In this document: one piece after another, positions 38,516-50,724 of the stretch
How the letters are laid out: every line of letters starts with the position of its first letter
How positions within the stretch are numbered: position 1 is the stretch's first letter
Assembly (NCBI RefSeq): GCF_001194135.2
Contig: NC_068987.1
Span: 65,944,278 to 65,996,987 of the forward strand
Length of the DNA stretch: 52,710 nt
Reading direction: 5' to 3'
DNA from: Octopus bimaculoides
Lineage: Eukaryota
The notes under the pieces: generated by a model
Told to the model about the DNA's origin: nothing
The model's input: only the letters and a program-made list of their open reading frames with translations
The model's database searches: none
Position numbers and translations under genes: made by a program

Positions 38516-38655
38516 TACGTTCTAAGTTCAAATTCCGCCGAGGTCGACTTTGCCTTTCATCCTTTCGAGGTCGATAAATTAATTACCAGTGAAATTTTGG
38601 AACCAATGTAATCGATTAGTGCTCTACCCCCAAAGCTTCGGACCTTGTGCCTATA
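38516..38655 (+). mobile_element. SINE, GTCGACTTTGCC family, 5'-truncated
   Basis: GTTCAAATTCCGCCGAGGTCGACTTTGCCTTTCATCCTTTCGAGGTCGATAAATT. Confidence 0.9.
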
Positions 38656-38798
38656 ATAGAAAGGATTATTTTTAATAGCTACGCAATTAGTTTTCTGGAT
38701 ATAAAAAATTCATTGACAACGTAAACCGCGCTAAAGCTTTTGGAAATTTTCAATGAATCAAAATACACAACCATACACACTATACCTTTTTCTCCTCT

Positions 38799-38932
38799 AG
38801 GCACAAGGCCCGAAATTTTTGCAGAGGAGGCTAGTTGGTTAAATCGACCCCACTACGCAACTGGTACTTAATTTATCGACCTCGAAAGTATGAAGGGCAA
38901 AGTTGACCTCGGCGGAATTTGAACTCAGAAGG
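38799..38932 (-). mobile_element. SINE, GTCGACTTTGCC family, 5'-truncated, inverted
   Basis: AATTTATCGACCTCGAAAGTATGAAGGGCAAAGTTGACCTCGGCGGAATTTGAACTCAGAA. Confidence 0.9.
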
Positions 38933-38940
38933 GAAAGACA

Positions 38941-39035
38941 TACGTTCTAAGATCAAATTCGGCCGTAGTCGACTTTGTCTTCCATCCTTTCGTGAGCGAT
39001 AAAATAAGTAACAGTCAAGCACTGGGGCCCGATGT
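38941..39035 (+). mobile_element. Third partial copy of the same SINE
   Basis: CGTTCTAAGATCAAATTCGGCCGTAGTCGACTTTGTCTTCCATCCTTTCG. Confidence 0.85.
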
Positions 39036-39733
39036 CATTTCAAAGTTGTGCCAATAATACACACACACACACACACACACATACTTACACATATATGTAT
39101 AGATAGAAAGAAACTTGTTACTAGTTCAAATGTGCCTGAGGCATGTATATATACACATTACTGCTTAGCGCTGTCACTCCAGATAAATAGATAAATAGAT
39201 AGACATAAATGTAGATAGTAGAAATGTCGTATGTATAGAAATGTAGGTATAAACAAATATAATAGTCACTATCAGCGCGCATTTGGTAAAGCAATTCTAA
39301 CTCATTGTAAGCCATATTCAATTTTGAATTTTCGTTACAACTCTTTTGTTATATATGTCACTAATGTTATTTTGGGAATTTGGAACCTCCCTACAATCAC
39401 AACTTAAATTGAGTTCATTAACTATTTACGATTCTTCATATTCCTGGTCGTACGGATTCAGACTATTATTTGCAGACGTGTTTGATTGTATGAAGTCATG
39501 TAATTTGCTATAATTAGCGCACTTTAATGATATTAATGATATTGATCGATAATTCATTAAGTTACAGAGGGAAAACAAGTGTCGAACGGGTTACTCGGTA
39601 CTTAAAAGTTATAGCAAGAAAATATGTATGTAAGTCCTCAAATTAGGATTGGCTTTTCTTGACAGAAAATTTCGAAAATTTCGATAAATAGATTAAAAAA
39701 ACAACATATGAGCCACTCGCTCCCCCCTGCCTC

Positions 39734-39769
<36 letters not shown>

Positions 39770-39834
39770 TTAAAGAGTTCCAACTCTGTCTATTGAATAT
39801 ATGAAATATTGAGTAAAATTGGCATGATTATTAG

Positions 39835-40140
39835 CCTTTATTTACATAGCCACTACCAATAGTAAGACACTTCTCCTATCACTTTATGCACCTCTGTACA
39901 AGTCGGTAAGTTGCGTCTGGAGCCAAGACATTAGCTCGGAAATAAGTTCACCATCATCCGAAAAATGCTTCCCATTCTAAAAGAATTCATGGTTGGAAGG
40001 AGGTGCAAGATGGTGCGAGGTCGGGAGAGTAAGTGGGGATGAAGAAGGATTTCATAGCTGCGAGAGAGTGATTTCATCTGGGCAACATGTGCATTCTAAA
40101 TTGGGTCGTTGTCTTGGAGGAGGCGGATTCCGTTGGTTAC
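39835..40140 (-). mobile_element. Mariner transposase C-terminal remnant
   Basis: GIRLLQDNDP..YEILLHP / YSPDLAPS / GKHFSDDGELISELMSWLQTQ / EKCLTIGSGYVNK. Confidence 0.85.
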
Positions 40141-40177
40141 CATTCCATACCTGTATGTATGTATGTATGTATGTATG

Positions 40178-40211
<34 letters not shown>

Positions 40212-40214
40212 TAT

Positions 40215-40710
40215 AATGGGACAAGAACGCAAAAGTCCAGACAGCTAGGTGAGACGAGATAGGGACAACAAAACATCCAGATAGACGATACAGAGAAAAC
40301 AACGACAGGTCATTCGGAGTTTACTTTCATCAGTCGAGTTCCAGATGATGTTTGCAATTTCGGCTGGTTATACTTGAGATTGCTCCAATCTGGTCAGCCC
40401 CAAGGAAAACCTAAGCTAAGAGCATTAAATTTCTTGGAAGAAAGCAGCGAATGTATACCAAAACAAGGACAGAAAAAAAAGAACAATGTTACACAAATAC
40501 AATAAAAATAATAACAGGACATAATAACAGGTGTCTTTCGACTAAGGAAGAATTAAATTAAGCTGGCGTGTGTAGAAATAAAGCCTTATGGCAGGGATAC
40601 AGGATTTCACAGGCACAGGGAAGTAGATCGATGTTGCACGGACAACAGCCGGCCAAGAAAGAAAGATCAGGCTTGCCCGAACGCCGGCCACGTGAGAAGA
40701 GAATAGAGAG
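40215..40710 (-). repeat. Unclassified interspersed repeat, possibly PLE-related, running into an N-gap
   Basis: Composition differs from flanks; carries CTGATGA..CCGAAT on the minus strand near 40310-40335; classification is a guess. Confidence 0.3.
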
Positions 40711-41518
40711 NNNNNNNNNNNNNNNNNNNNNNNNNNNNNNNNNNNNNNNNNNNNNNNNNNNNNNNNNNNNNNNNNNNNNNNNNNNNNNNNNNNNNNNNNN
40801 NNNNNNNNNNNNNNNNNNNNNNNNNNNNNNNNNNNNNNNNNNNNNNNNNNNNNNNNNNNNNNNNNNNNNNNNNNNNNNNNNNNNNNNNNNNNNNNNNNNN
40901 NNNNNNNNNNNNNNNNNNNNNNNNNNNNNNNNNNNNNNNNNNNNNNNNNNNNNNNNNNNNNNNNNNNNNNNNNNNNNNNNNNNNNNNNNNNNNNNNNNNN
41001 NNNNNNNNNNNNNNNNNNNNNNNNNNNNNNNNNNNNNNNNNNNNNNNNNNNNNNNNNNNNNNNNNNNNNNNNNNNNNNNNNNNNNNNNNNNNNNNNNNNN
41101 NNNNNNNNNNNNNNNNNNNNNNNNNNNNNNNNNNNNNNNNNNNNNNNNNNNNNNNNNNNNNNNNNNNNNNNNNNNNNNNNNNNNNNNNNNNNNNNNNNNN
41201 NNNNNNNNNNNNNNNNNNNNNNNNNNNNNNNNNNNNNNNNNNNNNNNNNNNNNNNNNNNNNNNNNNNNNNNNNNNNNNNNNNNNNNNNNNNNNNNNNNNN
41301 NNNNNNNNNNNNNNNNNNNNNNNNNNNNNNNNNNNNNNNNNNNNNNNNNNNNNNNNNNNNNNNNNNNNNNNNNNNNNNNNNNNNNNNNNNNNNNNNNNNN
41401 NNNNNNNNNNNNNNNNNNNNNNNNNNNNNNNNNNNNNNNNNNNNNNNNNNNNNNNNNNNNNNNNNNNNNNNNNNNNNNNNNNNNNNNNNNNNNNNNNNNN
41501 NNNNNNNNNNNNNNNNNN

Positions 41519-41562
<44 letters not shown>

Positions 41563-42694
41563 TTATGTAATAGAATGTGAAAAACTTTTACCAGGCTCAA
41601 GCGTCATACAAGGGTCTTACGTTGGATCAACATTAATTCATCGCAATGATTCTTTCTAGCAATGGCTTTGCTCGTATCCAAGAAAGCAATTAAGATATAA
41701 AATCCAATATTGAAGGCATAAAACTTGACGTTATTTCTTAAATTGTTGTCATCAGTATTATGCTGTATAGATTTTAACCAGCATTGTAGGCAATAGACAA
41801 ATATAAACAACTCGTTGCTACATACAACATCCATCGAAAAATATAAAGACCTTACATTTATATTCATTATATCCGTGCACTTAAATGTCGAGATTAGCCA
41901 GACGGTTTGAAACGTGTTGGCATTTTAACAGCGACCAATTATTGTACTCTATTCATCTGTTCACAGGAAAGCATTGCTTTTATAGAGACTATTACTAAAA
42001 GCTTACGTAAATCGGGTAGACCGAGTTGCTTATTTAACATATACTCGTCAAGAAGTTGAAACACTTTCTCTTTATCTTCGTGAACAGTAAATGTGTGATA
42101 AGTAAGACTACTTTTAGTTTTGAGCTGAGATTTCATGATTGATCCGGACACCATTTTCTTCTCTCCGGAGAAACTATTTGGAAACAACTGGTTATGAAAA
42201 ACTTAAGTAATTTGGGCGGGCCTATGTGTGTATGTAGCGCATTCATCGCAGTAAGTTCAGTTATTAGAAATTACTGGTTAACAATATTTGGTTTACTGTA
42301 CTGGACTACAGAATATGTCAATAGATTTTAGCCAATAGTATCTGAAAACAGTCCGGTAATTCCACATTTGTTATATCCGCGAAGTTATGTCATATAATAC
42401 CAAAGTATTTAGATTTGTCTAATAAATATAGAATTCTTTAATTCTATACGTATATTTTTACCGAAACATTTAATAAACCATGAATTTATTGTTAAATTTT
42501 GACTGATCTACTTCGAGACATAGAAGGTTTTATAGGCTATATCTCCACTTGAAAGACGACGGGATTGTGGATGGCATCCCAAAACGAAATTGAAATGAGT
42601 CTGGATTATCCTCGTTTTAAGTTCTAGGATTTATAGTATATAGGGCGTGTGTTTACACACTCGTTATATGCATGATTATATGTTTATCTTTTGT

Positions 42695-42955
42695 TTCAGT
42701 CATTCGACTGCGGCCATGTTTGGGTACTGCCTTGAAGTGTTTAGACCAGTTGGGAAGTGTTGGTGAGTGACAAGCTGAAACACACACACACACAAGCAAC
42801 GTGCTTCTTTGAGATTCTGTCTACCAAATTGTCTCCGAAGGCTTCGGTTGACTCGGGGCTGTAGCAAAACACACTTGTCCAAGCTTCCACGCAGTAGAAG
42901 TGAACCCGAAACCATGTGGATAGGAAGCAAACCCCTTACCATACAGCCACGCTGC
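42695..42955 (-). mobile_element. Near-complete tRNA-headed SINE with internal (CA)n
   Basis: Head (reverse complement GTGGCTGTATGGTAAGGGG..CCACATGGTTTCGGGTTCA) at 42880-42955, (CA)n at about 42780-42795, 3' end CAGTCATTCGACTGCGGCCATG at about 42700. Confidence 0.85.
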
Positions 42956-43516
42956 ACTTATAAATGTTACACGGCTTAACATTTATAGATATATTCTCTA
43001 GTGTAGTATATCATAAAAACCAAGCGTTAATGGGCAGGCGATTTATTAATGAATATTATATTGCGATGAATTCGAAATGATATAACTATAATTATATTCA
43101 AACACACACGTACACACACACGTAGACATACGCATACGCAGACACACGCAAGCAGACATATACACATATACAGACACACACACCCGCGACCACAAACATA
43201 AGCACATATGATTTTATACAAGCAGGTATTATTATTTACAATGTTTATATTGTTGTCATACAGTCAACGAAAGTAATGCCTGTCGTCGTCCTACTCACAA
43301 AACGTTGATCATTGTCTTGAAGCTCCTAATGAAAGTTTGTTGTGAGCACCTTTAGGATTTTGGATGCTCCCCCCACATAGGTCTGTGTGTGTGGTGGTTA
43401 GAAGGGGATTGTGCGCGTATGTATCCGGAAATGGTTATGCGGTCGAGACACTCGCATCACATTCCTGTGGTTCGCACCTGCTTAAGAGAAAAGAGAAAAT
43501 TGATGAAATATCTTAC

Positions 43517-43555
43517 CTGCAACATGAAGTTGACCTTTGCCTCTTCAGAAAAATT
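43517..43555 (-). CDS. Candidate 39-nt microexon (unverified)
   Basis: TGTTTCACTACAG / AAT TTT TCT GAA GAG GCA AAG GTC AAC TTC ATG TTG CAG / GTAAGA; open in phase 0. Confidence 0.15.
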
Positions 43556-43591
43556 CTGTAGTGAAACATGTACGGATGACCATCATCGTGC

Positions 43592-43646
<55 letters not shown>

Positions 43647-43648
<2 letters not shown>

Positions 43649-44835
43649 GGGTTTGGCAGATATATGGAACCAATTTTAAGCAGTTGACTTAATGGTTTTA
43701 ACATTTCATTTTTAGAGAAAACCTTGCTTGCTTGAAACGCTAATCTTCCTCTTTATTTTTCAGGTAAATAGCAGACTCATTGGACAAGAGAAAGTCATGG
43801 AACAACAGAATCGTTCCGCCATTGTTGTTTTTAACTCGCGCAAGGCACACTGCTAATAAAATAGTTAAGTAGACAAAACTTCCAAACAATTTAAACAAGA
43901 GGGAAACATTGACAGAAAAGAACACAAGACTCGAAGTGATTCCAAGCGTAATCTAAAATTTCTCACTGGCTTCAAACTCTCGATTGAAGTCAATCCGTCC
44001 ACATCCATGTCAACTCTTGCAAAGAAAAGCAATGTGTCCTTTTCCACGGTGTCAAGAGCTGTGAGGAGGAACCCAGGCATGGCTAGCTATGTTCGACGAC
44101 ACCGTCACCTCCTAACAGCCAAGGCCAAACCTCAGAGCCGAGAGATGACCAAAGCTTCTGTCATTCATCAAGCATCTAGGTGTAGGAAAAATTCCCGTGT
44201 TTCTGGATGAGGGAGTAGTTCACTGTGGACGCTGAGGTGTATCGAAGAAATTCTCGAATGATTGAATGCAACCCGATGTGTTTGAGACAAAGAAGCCTGC
44301 CTCTGTGGTAGTATTTGGAACCATGGTGAGTGATAGACGAGCCATACTTCATTTAGCCTGGTCTCTAGATCGGCACAATGGACTATCTGGACATCCTGAA
44401 GAACTCTCCCCTTGGATGGAAAAGAAATTTAGGTTTGACAATGTGTTGCTTATCACGGATTCTGCACCATGCCATGGTTCAAAAGCAACACAGGCCTTCC
44501 TTGGTGAGAATGGGCCATTTTTTGTGAGGGCAAACATCTGGCGCAGATCTCAAAGTTATCGATAACATTTAATGGGACGTACTTCAAGGAAGGACCAATG
44601 CTTTACCACACGCGAGTGTCAACAGTTTGGGCCTGCATCGCGCCTTGCGTCAGGCAAATTGAAAAAGGCGGTGGTTGCGGCAGCCGCAAAATTAATTCGT
44701 TATCGTGTGGAGGCAGTACTGTGCCGAAAAGGATGGCCATATTAAGTAATAAAAGGTTTTGTTGTATAAAATGTTACGTTAAAATTATATGTCTACTACC
44801 ATTATTTTAGTATTTAATTTTTATGCATCATCCTG
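43647..44835 (+). mobile_element. Decayed maT (DD37D-like) Tc1/mariner-superfamily transposon
   Basis: ATG at 43797; IEVNPSTSMSTLAKKSNVSFSTVSRAV (HTH), FLDE, TKKPASVVVFG, TDSAPCHGSKATQAFL, W..DLKVIDNI*WDVLQGRTNALPH; ends CAGGGT.. and ..CATCCTG. Confidence 0.85.
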
Positions 44836-44980
44836 GCTGTGTACACACAGAAAACCAAACCTATGAGTATTTAGTGCCTAGTGGTTGGTCCAAAGCATAA
44901 GTTACGTTGGTTGTACGTTGTTGGTATACTGCAGCGTGAGCGACGTGTGAAAACCCCTATGGTGTATTATAATCAAATGG

Positions 44981-45224
44981 ATAATAACAGACGATGGATA
45001 ATTGTCAGATCGTTACAGATGTTTTTGCGCATTTGTTTAATAGAAAATTGTGAACATTACTTCACTGCAAAAATAGTAATCACCAGATAAAACATAATTT
45101 CAAGAACGAAAGAATATCTCACGATGATATGGGTTTTTGCAATGAAGTAATGTTCTCATTCTTATATTTAGAAAATGCGTAAGAAACAGCTGTAATGAGA
45201 CAATTATCCATCGTCCGTTATTAT
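44981..45224. repeat. Long imperfect inverted repeat (arms about 92 bp, spacer about 60 bp)
   Basis: ATAATAACAGACGATGGATAATTGTC (44981-45006) versus GACAATTATCCATCGTCCGTTATTAT (45199-45224); GAACATTACTTCACTGCAAAAA versus TTTTTGCAATGAAGTAATGTTC. Confidence 0.92.
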
Positions 45225-45248
45225 ATATGTACATACATACATACATAC

Positions 45249-45294
<46 letters not shown>

Positions 45295-45979
45295 CATTTA
45301 TTGTTACGTCTGATTTGATGACGTAAGATAATAGGTACATACACTTAGTGATCAGGCTGACTTGCTGCCTAAATTCTCCACTTGAACATAAGTAGGTATG
45401 TTATAGCTGCCTGATGAGCGTTAGCTATATGCTGTATTTCAATAGAGCAGGTAGGTGTATAAGAGAATAAATGATTAAACAGGCAAACGACTGCTACTAG
45501 GTCAGACTATGATATTTATATATTTAAACATGAAAAGTTTGTTATTAGAGGAGTTCAAGAAAGTTCATATTGTCTATGGTGTATGCTAGTATTCTTCCGG
45601 AACGGTTATAGTATGAGTCTGAATTACTGGTCATCGTTGGTCGACTCCGATGCTGGATGAGAAGAAAGTTGAAGGAAAGGAGAAGTTGGAAAGTCTGTTA
45701 CATTTGTTTTAAAATAGATTCGCAGATATGGTATTTCCACGCAACAAGGAGGCAGCCAACATTATACTTGTAGTCTATTCAATTATTGGACGAAGAATGG
45801 GATAGAGTTATAATAGGAAGAATAGTGCTGAGAGGTATACAGAAGTGAGCTTAAAAGAAAATGGAAACTAAGATATGCACACATACACACACTGTCTCTC
45901 TCTCTCACACACACACATGCACACACACGAGCACATAGACGCGTTATGTATGTAAAAAAATTCCTTCCTAACTTATATA

Positions 45980-46205
45980 GGCTCACAGGGCCGGTTTCCC
46001 CGCTTCTATGGATGAAATGCTCTCCACCTGGGCGTGACGCCAGTCTGTCGCAAAATTACTCATTTTTGCCAGCTCAGTGGATTGGAGCAACGTGAAATGA
46101 AGTCTTCTGTTTAAGAGCACAACGCGGCGCCAGGTCCAGGTATTGAAACTACAATCTTACGATCATGAGTCCAACACACTAATCACTAAGCCACGCGCCT
46201 CCATG
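45980..46205 (-). mobile_element. tRNA-headed CORE-like SINE with an alternative tail
   Basis: Reverse complement TGGAGGCGCGTGGCTTAGTG..TTCATTTCACGTTGCTCCAATCCACTGAGCTG..GCGACAGACTGGCGTCACGCCCAGGTGG..GGAAACCGGCCCT. Confidence 0.85.
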
Positions 46206-47339
46206 TATGTATGTATAAGCACAAACATTAATTCCCTGTGTGCCATTCTTATTAAGCGAAAGAAAAATTTCATTAATTCACAATAACGCAATGAATTCCA
46301 AGTCACAAGGCTTCAAACTTTGTCGCTGTGCAGTCGATTATATGCAGCAAAGTACAGGATTGCAACATTATTTCATCAAATATTGAAGGGAAGAAAAAGA
46401 GTTGAACCACATTGGAATTTGAACTAAGAGCATAGTAGGTGGTAAATAAACACAAGGCAGTTTGTTCGATGTTCTAGCGATTCTGTTTGCCCACCGTTAT
46501 TACTAATATATACTTTTGTCAAAATATGCGTAACATCTTGTTCTTCTTGAGAGGTTATAGTTTCCAATTACTTAAATTCAGTGAAACCTTGCAACCGCTT
46601 CACATCATAATTGTGAGATAGTGATTGTGTCACATATTCTTCCGAGTAATAAATTAATTTGTCCAATGAAGCTATTCAAATTAAGTTCTATTGAGAATCT
46701 TTACAATGTATAGAATTCATTACAAGTCATCGAAATATCACAAATATTTCCTATTCTAGCTATATTATGTGTTGATTGAAATAATGAGTGAATGAATCAT
46801 ATAAATGCATACATACATACACACATACGTACATAGATGCATATACATATATGTATGTATATATAAATAAATAAATATATATATATATATATGTATTTAT
46901 ATGTATATATAAATAAATAAATATATNNNNNNNNNNNNNNNNNNNNNNNNNNNNNNNNNNNNNNNNNNNNNNNNNNNNNNNNNNNNNNNNNNNNNNNNNN
47001 NNNNNNNNNNNNNNNNNNNNNNNNNNNNNNNNNNNNNNNNNNNNNNNNNNNNNNNNNNNNNNNNNNNNNNNNNNNNNNNNNNNNNNNNNNNNNNNNNNNN
47101 NNNNNNNNNNNNNNNNNNNNNNNNNNNNNNNNNNNNNNNNNNNNNNNNNNNNNNNNNNNNNNNNNNNNNNNNNNNNNNNNNNNNNNNNNNNNNNNNTATA
47201 CAAATGAAATTGCCACTCAATCTAGTAATGAACAGTCCTCTTTTTTTCTTTTTTGAAGCATTCTGACAAGATGATATATTGATGGAAGCAAATTTAAATA
47301 AAGCTTATAGGAGGCGTAAGATATGTAGAGAAAGTGAGT

Positions 47340-47365
47340 GGGTGACTGGGTGAGTGAGTGAGTGA

Positions 47366-47411
<46 letters not shown>

Positions 47412-47436
47412 GAGAGAGAGAGAGAGAGAGAGAGAG
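47340..47436. repeat. (GAGT)n(GA)n repeat
   Basis: Direct reading. Confidence 0.95.
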
Positions 47437-49202
47437 GCAGGAAAATCTAGAGAGAAGAAGTGTGAGAGGGGGATACATTAATGCAAAAGTTTATTAGAGG
47501 AAAAAGAGTGAGTGAGATTGAACCGAGAATGTGCCTGATTTCTGCGAGTTTTGAGAGAAATGAATAAAAGGGTAATAATATTACACCGAGATGATATAGA
47601 AGTTCCATGTTAGTGTTTCTCATTTAATTTGGGTTGTTGTTTCCACACAATAAAGGCATTAATGTCTGTCTTCCAAAGGAAAAAAAAACAAAATAACATG
47701 ATGAAGGTTTTCATTGCTATTTTGCTATTCTCATTTTTTTTTCTCAAGAATAGAAATAAATAACAAAGAAAAAGGACAAATAAAGCGGGCAAAAAGTGAA
47801 GGGAACGGTAAACGAAGTAAGTCAATTCATTTACAGAGGTAAAGAATAGAACATCGCAATAGCATTAATAATAGCAGCAAAAATAACATTTTTTCTATAT
47901 ATGCAACAAGCATCTGCAACAAAAGACATAACGAACGTTATTGATGTTTTGAAGAACCAATATTAAACACATGGTTTGCCACATTCCTGCTCTGAGTTAA
48001 AAATGAAGCTCATTTCGAATTTGGCATGTATTTCACCAGTGTTGATAAAATTAGAACAGAAAAAAATTATATGTCTCGACAAAACACCATTATTTAGTAA
48101 TTACGTCGCACGTGATCACAGGTGTCTATAAAGTGATCAATCATCGGGTTTGTTTCAGAAGAGTTGAGGTATGCATTGTATCTCCGACGGAGGCTAAGCA
48201 GTACAAAATCTCAGCACATTAGTAGTTACAGAAACCAGAATATGGTCGGAGAACGTGAAACAGTAATATCCACTAAAGGCACTCACGAGCAAAATGTGAA
48301 AAGGGGCGATAGTTATGGTTCATCAGACTTGAAATAAGAGATTTTTCACTCAAAATTGACATCTAAAAACGGAATCATCATTTGTGAATAAATAGTGTCA
48401 CCTGGTTTAGTTGAGAAATGATTTATGAAGTTACGTAATGAAAGACCTGCACGGGCAATCATTTCACGTCATAAAAATGATTAAACAATGAAATGCAGAA
48501 TTCTCATTCACTCATCATTGAAGAAACTGGCAAACATCGACGCCACAAACAAAGGATTATAATGGACTTTTAAATGTTATGAATAAAACTCATAGGATTT
48601 TATTGCAGAAAATATTAGAATTCACTAAAACGAAGCTTTTTAACTTCATAATGATTCTGTTCGTAGTTTATTTTTGCACTCACTTAAAATATATATATTG
48701 TTGTTGTTATTAATATTCTTGTTCAGTGTTATGTTCTTTTAACCCCACGCTATCCATGAATGAACAGACTTATGACAAATAGTGTTTCAAAACAGACTAA
48801 AAATCGCATATTCAGACACATTATGTCTATGAGTACATTATCTAATACCTCTATTTTTATCTTTTCAAAGGTCTAGTCTGCAATTTGGGGGAGATTTGGC
48901 TCGTGTTTCTAAAAGATCAAATTACCATCTGGAGGCTCATTCCTTTAATTGTCTTATGCAAGTTCTGATCGAGCAGACATTCGCAGCACATAAATTCAGT
49001 TAAATGTCAAGTATCGATCCTTGTGCAAGTATGGCTCTGAAATAAAGACGTTCATTTGGCAATCACGCTGCTCTGTATCCGAACGCAACGTGCGGAACCA
49101 TGCGGAACTATTACATCAGCTCAACCTATGGTACCTTTCGGCGGCATTTGGTCGAAGGGAATGTGCAGAAGTTTATATAAGCGTGTTATGTTTCAATGTA
49201 CT

Positions 49203-49417
49203 AAGGTGGAGATTTGGTAGAATCGTTAGCACGTCGGACAAAATGCTCAGCCGCAATTCTACCAACTCGTTGCATTCTGAGCAGAAATTACGCCTATGTC
49301 GGCATTGCCTTTCATTGCCTTCAGTTTTGATAAATAAGTACTTGTTGAGCACTGGAGTCGGTATAATCGACTTACACTTAGTCCCTAAAATTGCTGGCCT
49401 AGTGCTAAACTCTTGAA
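49203..49417 (+). mobile_element. Diverged SINE, GTCGACTTTGCC family
   Basis: AGAATCGTTAGCACGTCGGACAAAATGCT..GATAAATAAGTAC..AAAATTGCTGGCCTAGTGC. Confidence 0.8.
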
Positions 49418-49451
49418 ACGTTATGTTTTTTGAGTATCGATACTGTGTTAC

Positions 49452-49842
49452 ATGTGGAGGCGCAATGGCCCAGTGGTTAGGGCAGCGGACACGCGGTCAT
49501 AGGATCGCGGTTTCGATTCTCAGACCGGGCGTTGTGAGTGTTTATTGAGCGAAAACACCTAAAGCTCCACGAGGCTCCGGCAGGGGATGGTGGCGAACCC
49601 TGCTGTACTCTTTCACCACAACTTTCTCTCACTCTTACTTCCTGTTTCTGTTGTGCCTGTAATTCAAAGGGTCAGCCTTGTCACACTGTGTCACGCTGAA
49701 TATCCCCGAGAACTACGTTAAGGGTACACGTGTCTGTGGAGTGCTCAGCCACTTGCACGTTAATTTCACGAGCAGGCTGTTCCGTTGATCGGATCAACTG
49801 GAACCCTCGACGTTGTAAGCGACGGAGTGCCAACTCAACACA
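49452..49842 (+). mobile_element. Young full-length tRNA-headed SINE
   Basis: 10-bp TSD ACTGTGTTAC (49442-49451 and 49843-49852); nearly identical to 20323-20691. Confidence 0.95.
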
Positions 49843-50724
49843 ACTGTGTTACGACAGTCATTAGTAGTGGAGGTGTAGAAATGTCTAGTTTTATTTTGTG
49901 TCTAGATAATTTTGTGGTGGAGGTGTAGATATGTCTAGTTTTATCAGAGTAAATGTGACTTTATGTGGTTTTATTAGCAACACAAATAGCTGTCTTTTGC
50001 ATACCCAAGTTTTTACTATTTTTTGATATTTTTCTTTTTTGATTTGTCAGAGGTAACATATTAAATCTATGCGCATCCTGATGATGCGAAGTACGATTTT
50101 TTTTATTTTCTCAAGCTTTGAAGTTGTATTAATTTATTGAATATGATATACTTTCAATATTTTTTTCCGCAAATGCAACTGAAGAATATTCCACATTTTA
50201 ATAGAAGAGCGTTATAGTTGGCTCGACGCACTGTGATGCATAATTAAAATAAATAGTTATGAGCGAGAGTCTCTAATAATGCAAAAAGGAAAATTTAAGT
50301 AACCGTTATATATGTCAGGTACAAAGGCCAATTATCAGAACTGACTTGGTTATTGCCCGTGCTGCTGCCACTTAGCAATATCTACGAACATTCATATTTT
50401 TTAAGCCGTTCACTTCTGATGACGGCATTTGTGTCTGAAGTATATATACAGGTTACTTAACTTTCCCTTTTAGCATTGCCCGAAGCTCTCTGCCTTCATT
50501 ATTTATTATTTTACTTAGCTATTTTAATAACATTGAAATTGATGCTTATTTCTCAGATATGTGGTATTGTTGCGTATGTTAGTGCTTTATTCATTGTCAC
50601 AGGTTTGAATATCATTAAAAATTGCATATGATTCTAAACTATTTGTTCACTATATACACTCTTTCCAGTTAGTTATTACTTCCCTTTCGTTTTTAATTTT
50701 TATATAGCCGTACTTAATATTAGG

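Noticed and set aside
41640-42200. Possible PLE RT remnant (NNVKF..AFLDT) and an 82-aa ORF
   Set aside because: Too few motif residues to support a call by eye
48122-48174. Exon-like segment ending GAG/GTATGC (GVYKVINHRVCFRRVE or a 10-nt microexon)
   Set aside because: Weak upstream acceptor, not frame-preserving, no recognisable protein similarity
50410-50450. CTGATGA-cGGCAtttgTGTCt-GAAG, hammerhead-like
   Set aside because: GAAG instead of GAAA and no stem I; similar partial hits at 40310-40335, 41730-41760, 45411 and 50078 also lack pairing
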